From the IMG/VR virus record IMGVR_UViG_3300027833_000035, positions 1-64,000 of that record: 64,000 nt of DNA. One strand, given 5' to 3'. The stretch comes from a virus. The notes under the pieces are model-generated. The model made no database searches and was not told the DNA's origin. It saw nothing but the letters and a program-made list of their open reading frames with translations. Positions 37,651 to 46,600 of this stretch are shown piece after piece; the first letter of the stretch is position 1, and each line of letters starts with the position of its first letter. The translations under genes were made by a program, and so were the position numbers.

Positions 37651-38754
37651 TTATATCAATGGGTATTTATGAATTAAATATGGTATTCTGTTTTGGCGTT
37701 TTGAAAAGAACTGAACATCTGTATTGATTAACGCTAAGTCTTCTCTAATATTATCTGTGTTAAAGTTTCTTTCTAAAACCTTTTTAACGATAGGGAACAC
37801 ATTATTGATTTCAGTATATAGATCCATGTATTCCCAACCATCCGCTGTAGTATCAGCTTTGTTTTGGTGAACCGCAATAAAATCAGCATCGTCTTTAACT
37901 TTATTCCATAACTCTTCTAATAAGTAAAACGCAAGTGTGTAGTTAGATTTATTAGCAGCATTTACATATACATCTTTAAAGAATTGTTTTTTGTCTGTAG
38001 CCCAATCATTCGCGTCAGTTGCATTGGCATTCATATAATCAATGACTGACATAATGTATGCTGAATAGTGACGACGTGAAGTAAAGTGTTCCATAACATC
38101 TCTTGCCATAACTGGTGAATGGATAGTAAACTTCTCAACGATTAATTCTGAAATCGGTGTACATGGATAAAAATCATTTAAGAAGAACAATAAGTCATAA
38201 CTAAAGTTTTTACCATTTTGATATGTAATTACCCAAGGTGTTTCGCCTTCAGCATTTAATAAAGTATTCGTGTGGTTTCTAACATCGTTATAAACTGTTG
38301 AGTCACTCATTAATGATAATACTAAATCTTGGTTAATCACTGCTTCCATATAATGGGCAGTCATAGAATTAATTGTTGTTGCATCGGCATCAGGGTAGAA
38401 ACCAGAGGCTGTTAATAATCCAGCGGTATATTTAGCAAATACTTTAATCATATCCTCTTCGTCTGTAAACATAAGGATACGTTTATCACTGTTTTGAATA
38501 TAGTCAGCATTAGCAACGTCTTCCCATTGCTCAAAATCCAATAGTGAAGCAGCATTAGAACGTGCGTTATTTGCCAACAATTCGTATTCAGCAGGCTGAA
38601 GGAATGCATCTTCAATATCAGGATGAACGATTGTAATTCTTCTTGGCTCAGCAGTATGATAAAAAGAATTTAATTCACCAATTACTGTTTCAACGTTTTG
38701 CGTATTTGTAATATACTTTTTATTATTTAAGTAATATAAACTCTGTCCAATCAT
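37651..38754 (-). CDS. hypothetical protein in radical SAM operon
   Basis: 367-aa ORF; start set at MIGQ after AGGAG. Confidence 0.75.
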   Translation of the reverse strand: MIGQSLYYLNNKKYITNTQNVETVIGELNSFYHTAEPRRITIVHPDIEDAFLQPAEYELLANNARSNAASLLDFEQWEDVANADYIQNSDKRILMFTDEEDMIKVFAKYTAGLLTASGFYPDADATTINSMTAHYMEAVINQDLVLSLMSDSTVYNDVRNHTNTLLNAEGETPWVITYQNGKNFSYDLLFFLNDFYPCTPISELIVEKFTIHSPVMARDVMEHFTSRRHYSAYIMSVIDYMNANATDANDWATDKKQFFKDVYVNAANKSNYTLAFYLLEELWNKVKDDADFIAVHQNKADTTADGWEYMDLYTEINNVFPIVKKVLERNFNTDNIREDLALINTDVQFFSKRQNRIPYLIHKYPLI

Positions 38755-39926
38755 AATTTTGCTCCTAATTTTTCTATTGCGTCGTCGTTCCAAGTGAAAT
38801 CGTATGGATTATATTCAGCAAGAACATCTTTGTTCAATACACAGCCATTAACATTTAATGATTCTTGGGCTTCAAAGATCAGTCTACTTGCGCAGGCAAC
38901 TGCGAATTTACAGTCAGCACAGTCTTTTACTTTACTCGACTTATTTATACCTTTTGTTACTAATTCATTTTTACGATCTAATATTTCTTCGAATGTTAAA
39001 CCAGTAACATCTAAATTTTTATTACCTAAGAAAAACGCTTGTTCATGTAGCATTACATTTAGGTGTGTGGTTGGACCATTTTCTCCTGGAACAATTGTAA
39101 GTCCAACAAAGTTAATTGAGTTACAATAAAGATTAGCCATTGACATAACAGTTTCTTGTGCGTTATCTTTATCAATAACTCTACCAAGGAAATCGTTCCA
39201 TCCAAACAAATTCTTTCTTTGAACCAATTGTGAGTTTGCCCTAGAAAAAGCAGGGTTCATTTCTACGATTGTTTCATATTCATTTACAGATTTTTGGATA
39301 ATCTTATTGTATGTTTCTTTATCAATCTTTTTGCCAACAACGTTAGAAGCCTGAAGTGTCCACGACCAATCCATTTGTTTTGGCGTATTGTTTTTAAAGA
39401 ACTCTACCTTTTCCATAACGTTATCAAAGTATTCATCATCATTTAACATCTGCTCTACTCTGCCGATTGGCATAATAAATTCGATAATCATTTCGCGGCG
39501 ATACTTATCTTCATCGTCAAGTACAGCAAAGATTTCTTTTACTTTATCCATAGTTGCTAAATCAAATTTAGCAGGTGCCGCGATACGAGCTCCGGTATGT
39601 TCTCTCATAATCTCTTGGACTACTGAGTTATTTAATACTGACTCTGTATTCTTGGCAGTGAAAAAGTCTGTTGGTCCAATAACGAATTCTCTTAGGTTAA
39701 GGCCAGTTCTTTTTACACCATCGGCAAGTTCTTTTGCTCTATCAATAATTTGTTGGTTCATAGCAGGGTCAATGTTTTTATCAACGAAACAACCTAGGCA
39801 GCCGTGATTACATCCAGCCAAAACTTCCATTTGAATTAAAACATCAAACTTAGTAGCATCCGAAGGTGTTAGACTTTCTGGTCCTGAGTACCTCATTTGC
39901 TTACAATATGATTTTTGCATTGACAT
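38751..39926 (-). CDS. divergent radical SAM protein (rSAM5, GPTD type)
   Basis: EVLAGCNHGCLGCFV, IGPTDFF; CADCKFAVAC...C; start set at MSMQK, 1 nt after precursor stop. Confidence 0.8.
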   Translation of the reverse strand: MSMQKSYCKQMRYSGPESLTPSDATKFDVLIQMEVLAGCNHGCLGCFVDKNIDPAMNQQIIDRAKELADGVKRTGLNLREFVIGPTDFFTAKNTESVLNNSVVQEIMREHTGARIAAPAKFDLATMDKVKEIFAVLDDEDKYRREMIIEFIMPIGRVEQMLNDDEYFDNVMEKVEFFKNNTPKQMDWSWTLQASNVVGKKIDKETYNKIIQKSVNEYETIVEMNPAFSRANSQLVQRKNLFGWNDFLGRVIDKDNAQETVMSMANLYCNSINFVGLTIVPGENGPTTHLNVMLHEQAFFLGNKNLDVTGLTFEEILDRKNELVTKGINKSSKVKDCADCKFAVACASRLIFEAQESLNVNGCVLNKDVLAEYNPYDFTWNDDAIEKLGAKL

Positions 39927-39927
39927 G

Positions 39928-40308
39928 TTATCTTCTTCCTCTCGAACTGTGACAACTACTATGGCAGCTGGCATGACAGTAATAAGCATTGATTGTTCGG
40001 TTACTCATTCTGCCTTCTATTAAGTCGACTGTTCTTCTAGTTAAATCTTCTAATGTATCAACAATATCTTGTGCGTAAATTATCTGACCTGAATTAATGC
40101 CACCATCTACATAGTTATTATATACATAATAGTTTGCATTCACAAATTCAAATCTATGATAATGCCATTGGCCTGTGGTATAACTTGTAACACCTGTACC
40201 ATTAACATATGCGTTAACATAAATTCCAACATTTCTATCAAACGTTCTTAATTGTTGTCCACCATACGTCATTACATACGAATTAACGTCACCTCTATCC
40301 ATAGTCAT
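39928..40308 (-). CDS. CHSS-repeat protein B, putative radical SAM substrate
   Basis: 126 aa ending NAYYCHASCHSSCHSSRGRR; paralogue of 40308-40688. Confidence 0.8.
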   Translation of the reverse strand: MTMDRGDVNSYVMTYGGQQLRTFDRNVGIYVNAYVNGTGVTSYTTGQWHYHRFEFVNANYYVYNNYVDGGINSGQIIYAQDIVDTLEDLTRRTVDLIEGRMSNRTINAYYCHASCHSSCHSSRGRR

Positions 40309-40688
40309 TAGCGGCGACCTCGCGAGCTATGACACGATGAGTGACAACTTGAATGGCAGTAATATGCGTTAATAGTTCTATTTGATAATCTTCCTTCAAC
40401 CAAATCAACAGTCCTCCGTACGACGTTACGAATTGAATCAATAACATTACCTGAACGAATAATTCCGCCGGTGTATATACCACTAGACATATACCCATTA
40501 TAATAAGAATATGAAGCGTTTACAAACTCGAACCGTGTATAATGCCATTGGCCTGTGGTATAACTGTATCGTCCACCGTTTGCATATACATAAGCATTAA
40601 TATAAAACCCAACGGTCTTATCAAAGGTTCGTAATTGTCGACCACATTGAGTCTGTAAACTACTATTTAACTGTGCATAACTTGGCAT
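40308..40688 (-). CDS. CHSS-repeat protein A, putative radical SAM substrate
   Basis: 126 aa ending NAYYCHSSCHSSCHSSRGRR; starts 1 nt after tail fibre stop. Confidence 0.8.
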   Translation of the reverse strand: MPSYAQLNSSLQTQCGRQLRTFDKTVGFYINAYVYANGGRYSYTTGQWHYTRFEFVNASYSYYNGYMSSGIYTGGIIRSGNVIDSIRNVVRRTVDLVEGRLSNRTINAYYCHSSCHSSCHSSRGRR

Positions 40689-40689
40689 A

Positions 40690-43600
40690 CTATACTTTAA
40701 CCTCTACTTCACCATTTTCACTATCACTTATCGCGATACCAATTATTTCATAGCTATTTATACCCGGAGTACCATAGTCAACTCCCTTAGCTTTACCATC
40801 ACCAGCAGGGATTACCCATTGGCCTTTCTTAACATCTTCACTTACTAAACATGGGATCCGACCTTTAAGAGCAATGAACGGATTCATTAATGCTTTTGTA
40901 GAAGTAGATCCAGGCTCAATTCCCATGTCGTTCATTTGAACAGCAGGGTTTGTTGATATGACACCAGCAAGAGGCATGCCCGGTTCCCATTTAGTAACTT
41001 CTGAGTCACCTTCAATGTTAATACCCATAACAGTAGCATTTTCATATACAGCATCTGCAGAATATCTCTCTGCAAGGTCAGCCCATCTTGCTGACGTAGC
41101 TGTACCAACATATAAACCACCATTATCAATATACGATCTATCAGAACCATTTTGTCTAAACTGACAAATACGGTTTGAGTTACCACCAGAAGTAATATAG
41201 AAACGGTTTGAGTGGTATTCAATTTTACCAACATCGTTTCCTGGGTTACCTGTCCAAGATTCGTTACCAGATTCTTCAAATCTAATACATGGTGAATAAC
41301 CATCTTGGTGTCGTGTTCTTAACTGCCATTGACCCGCAGCATTCAAATCGCCTGACCATGTTCTGTCACCATACATCCAACGACACATTGTACCGTTATA
41401 TGTTGCTCTAAGTTGTAGAGACATAGACGAAGAGTTATTGTTACCAGTGATAGCATAATACTGACCTTGGTAAGAATAAGCGTGTACACCGGTTTGCTGG
41501 TTGTAAATACCCTCACGTTGACCGTCGTTACGGAACCAATTACGAGCATATATTTCATTGGCACGAACATAATCATTGAAGTTAGAACCTGATGATGGAT
41601 TACAATAATAACCAGTATTATCTCTGTCGTAGAAGATTGGCGCACGGAATGAGGATGATGCATAAGAGTTGCCATCACACATTGCTTGGAAGTACCAACC
41701 TGAAATACTATCAGTAGCATTACCGTGCATCCCAACATAGAAACCTGTTGACCCTGTAGTGTTATTATTATTTGAGTCAAGGTTAAAGAATATGTCGTGG
41801 TATGAGTTAAATCGTAAATCGTCTGATACACCTCCACCACTGTCTCTGGAAGATATAGAGTGATAAGTACTGTCGTTACCATAGAATGTAATAAAGTCAC
41901 CACGATCTCTTGCGTTTAACTGATCCCATTCAATCGTACTCATTTGCGAAGTAGATGCTGGGTTTGTATAACGATTTGTATCGTTTGAGTCGTAGAAGAT
42001 TGGAGCTCTTAATGAACTACCAGCTTGTAATGAGTTATTTACATAAACGTCGTTAGCACCAAGTGGATCAGAACCGTTATTGATTGACATGACCTGAGTA
42101 TTCATTGTATAGTCATCGTAGAAACGCATACCATTATAACTAGCATTTGCACCCATCTTAATACCAGTGTGGAAAGCAATTCTTAGATCCGGGTATGGGT
42201 AAGTCCAACCACCACCTTCACGATAGATAGCGTAAGCAGTTGATTCATTACTTCCAAAGTACAAACCAAATTGGTCATTTTGTGAAACATCATCTTTGTG
42301 TACAAATCTATTTGCTCTAATGTCGCCAGCAAAATTGTTATCACCGGCTGGATTTAAAAAGTATGCAGAGTTGTTACGATCGTAATAAGTATTGGCATAT
42401 ATATCACCATATACTTCAGTTGTACCACTTCGAGTTCTTAGTGCCCAGCTACCAGATTGATTAAGGAAACCAATATCATTTGAGTTGTTTGCATATACAT
42501 AGCCTCGAATAGTACTTCCATTATCATCTCTAAATCGTATACCATTAGCAGAGCCACCGCCTGCAACGTTCCAATAGTCATCGTTGTCTGAATAGAAATG
42601 CTGACCTGTTGCAGTGTTATATAAACCACGACCATTTGTATCGTTACGGAACCAACCATCGTTATAAACTTCTGAACGAATATCAAGTGTATGCATTACT
42701 GATGTTGAAGCAAAGTCACCGTAATAACCTGTACTGTCACGGTCATAATATCGTCCAGAGTAAGTTCCACCTGTTACGAATATGTTACCATCACCACGAA
42801 CAAGAAGATTTGTTGTACCTGATAAGCCGCCATCTCTAAACGCAATGTCTTCACCGCCTGATGTAGCAATAATTAAGTGAGCATCATTAGTATCAGTAGC
42901 TTGGATATAACCACGAACATTGCCAGCATTTGTAATAAACTGAGCTTCACCACCGTCAGCAAACTGAATAACATCTACTTTTGATGTACTTGATGGATCG
43001 ACGTAGAAAGATGTATCGTCTGAGTCAACTAATCTACTTGCATAGAAGTATGAACTTGTACCGCCGCCTGGGTTTGCGTTATAGATAGCAATATCAGAAT
43101 AAGAAGAATAGGCTGTACCTGAGTTCCATGACTGTTGCCATAGACGCATACCACGACCAGACTTTTTAAACATCAATAAGTTATCTGAACCGCCAGAAGA
43201 GTCTGTGTAAGATCTTAAGTGTAAGTAATCGGCATATGGTGCAGTGTTATTATTGTTCCAAGATGTGAAACCAAACGTTAATCGACCTGCAGTATCTTCG
43301 TTAGGTTCAATAATACGGTTATCTTTGCGTAATAATGATCCTGCATAACCATTAACATTACCTTGGATTACGTTATCAACTTGTAATGTTAATAGTCTCG
43401 AAGTACCATTACCGTCAATTTTGTATGCAGTATTGTCACTGTCATACCAAATTGGTGAACGTAACTGATTAACACCTAGGAAGAAACCATCTTTAGTAGA
43501 CGCTTGTTCTTCACCATTATAATAAAGTTCAACATCGCCATTTTGACGGAAGATTTGTGCCCATTCGTCGTTAGTATCATTAAAGATACCAGCAACGCCA

Positions 43601-46600
43601 GCTCCACTTGACATGAATACCCAGTCATCGTTAATAGCATAACCTGCATAACCACCTTTATTACCAGTTACACTGATTGAGCCATATGTACCAGTAGTTG
43701 CATCTAATTGATATGTTGCTCCACCAAACTGAACAGCGTTTGCACGAAGAATATTTGTAAGAGATGTTGAGGCTGGATCTAAGTAATAAGCGTTATCGTC
43801 TGAGTCATAGAACCTGCTTGCATAAGAACCGTTAAGCGCTGTATGCGTACCCGATACAACAACATTACGAGACATTGCCCAGTCACCGTTAGCATCAGTC
43901 CAGTTACTATCTGTAACAAATCTTAGTCTGTCTGGGTTAGTACCCTCTGCCATTCTAAGCATTTGAGTTCCACCAGCAACCAACTGCATATCGTCAGCAC
44001 CAATAAATCTGATATATGTATCAGTATCGCCATTATGTCTAATATATTCGTTAGCACGTATTTCGTTAAATACAGATGTTGAAGCCGGATCAGCATAGTA
44101 AGCTGAGTTGTTAGAGTCATAGAACCGTTGAGCATATGAATAACGTCCAGCCCAAACATCACCGTCAGACTCGACACGTAAACGATATACACCATTACCA
44201 GCACCAGTTGTGAATTGTAAATTACCGCCTACGTTAGTTGCGAAGTCATTTGGTGACTCATAAATTTGCCATAGGTTTCCGCCGTTCCATGCTAGACCTT
44301 CAGATGGTCCTGGATCGTTGAATGTTAATTTGTTTACGTTATTAATATTACCGTTTGTCCAATCCCAGTTACCTCCGACTTTAGATGGACCTTTTGGTTC
44401 AATGTAATAGTTAGTGTCGTTAAGGTCTCTAAACCTACCAGCATCAATAATATTTGCTGAGATGTTATCTGCAGAAATATCACCAGTAACAGTAAGATCG
44501 TTACCGATTGTGGCATCGTTAACAATAGTTAATCCTGCAGCTTTTAAGCTTGATTGAGCATCAGTTCTTTTTAGAATTGGTGGACCAAACTCACGTGTTG
44601 CACCATTTGGAGCATAATTCATTAATGAGATTAATCTAACAAAACGAACGCCTTCACCATCTGAACCATTATATGGTGTGTGAGTTGTTGGTACAACGTG
44701 TTCACCTGAATATTGAGTCCAGCCTGTGGCGGTATGATTGATAGCAGATGCCGCAAAGTATGAAATACCATCATTAGTAGCAATTGGATTTTTGTTTTTA
44801 TCGTATCGTCTAACACCTAAGTAGAATAAACCGCCAGTACCACTAATGCGTCGAACAGCTTGTTCTGCGTAAATTGTTTCGCCAGGTTCTACAGGAATAA
44901 AATCAGAGTCAAAGCTTCTATAACCATTTGATCTTAATGCGTAACTTGATGCGAATGGACCGTCACCGTTTAAAACATATTCACCGGTACTAGTTGTTGC
45001 ATTATTTTCAACACCCTGCATTGGTTGAATAACACGTTTATCCCAGTAGTCTGAAGCATCAAACATTTTGAGATCAGCAAGGCCGGCGCCATATGATTTA
45101 AGTAATCCAAGGTTCTCATTACCACCGTTAAGAGCAAGAGATCCAAATATACCAGCGCCATAAGCTTGTATATCACCATTTTCTGAGAACCAAAAACGTT
45201 CACCAATATTATTAAACGAAATACCCATCGCAGAACGAGAGTTTCTTGTTTTATGGAATATAGATGGGAAGTTAGCATCAGCAGCTGTATTTTGTAAAAC
45301 AATTAAACGTTGTTGAGTAGACTTAACCTCTAATGGATAAGTTGTATTATTAAAGATTGCGCTATCACCAGCTTTAACTGATTTAAGTCTGGATTGACCA
45401 GCAAGATCGGCATAGAATGCAGAGTTATCTAAATCATAGAATATTGGAGAACGCATACTGTTTGGAGCAGAACCATAACCATTTTCAGCACCAATTTGAT
45501 GAATGTTATTAGAATATAATCTTGTGAAGTTATTTCTGTTAGCAACCAATGACCATTCGTTATCTGTTTCGTTATACAGACCCATCTCTGTAGCACCACT
45601 GGATATAAAGCCCCAGTCATTACTAATCATATAACCTGCATAGCCATCTCTTTCGCCTTCAACCATGATAGTCCCTTTAGGACCTGATGGTGAGTCGATA
45701 GTTAGGGAACTGCCGTCCATTTGGATTTGATTTGTTCGAACAACATTTAAAATAGATGTTGAAGCAGGATCTAAATAATAAGCATTATTGCCTGAGTCAT
45801 AATAACGTGGAGCATAAACATCAAGGTTAAAATCAGCAGAGTTATCATCAATGTTTAATCTCTCTGTATTATTGATAAACAATTTATAAATGCCAGCTGC
45901 AGAGAAACCAAAGTATGTATCTGCATCACCGTTATGTCTAATGTAATCGTCAATGTCAATTCTATTCATTACTGATGTACCAGCAAAGTCACCATAGTAT
46001 GCGTTATTATTATAATCGTAATAAGTAGGGAAGTATGCCATGTCATTGGCATCAGCAGCTGATATGCCGCCATTGAAATTCACTCTCTTATTGAATAAGA
46101 ATAAAGCTCTATCAGTATCAAATTGTGCTGAACCAGCAACCTTAGATCCAATATCTAAATAACCAGTTGGTGTTGTGAACCTATGAGCATTACTTGTATT
46201 TGGTTCAAACTTAAAAGTTCCACCAGCATCAGAGAATATTGGGGATCGCATATCTGTAGCAGCTTCTGCATATGTTGTATATACATCAAGCTGCGCGGTT
46301 CCGCCGGCAGTAAATATAATTTGGTCAGCGCCAAATCCAATTTTAGTATTAGTATCACCGTCGTGTATAATTTCACCGACGAGACTTATGTTATTCATTC
46401 GCGATGTACTAGCAAAGTCACCGTAATATAAAACATCATTTGCATCTAGGTACTGAGCGAATGAAGCATTACCTGTTGACGTAAGTGTTTTATTATTTCT
46501 AACTCTAAGATTGTTGGCATCGTTCATGTAGAAACCGCCGCCTTGACCAAAGCCAAGTTCATCCATTCTTAGGAATGTAGCAGTTCCATTACCAACAACA

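Noticed and set aside
27450-39926. rSAMs as queuosine/7-deazaguanine DNA modification or anaerobic RNR activase genes
   Set aside because: No queC/queD/folE/dpdA or nrdD in the window; SPASM-like C-termini and neighbours point to peptide/protein substrates, though not excluded without a search
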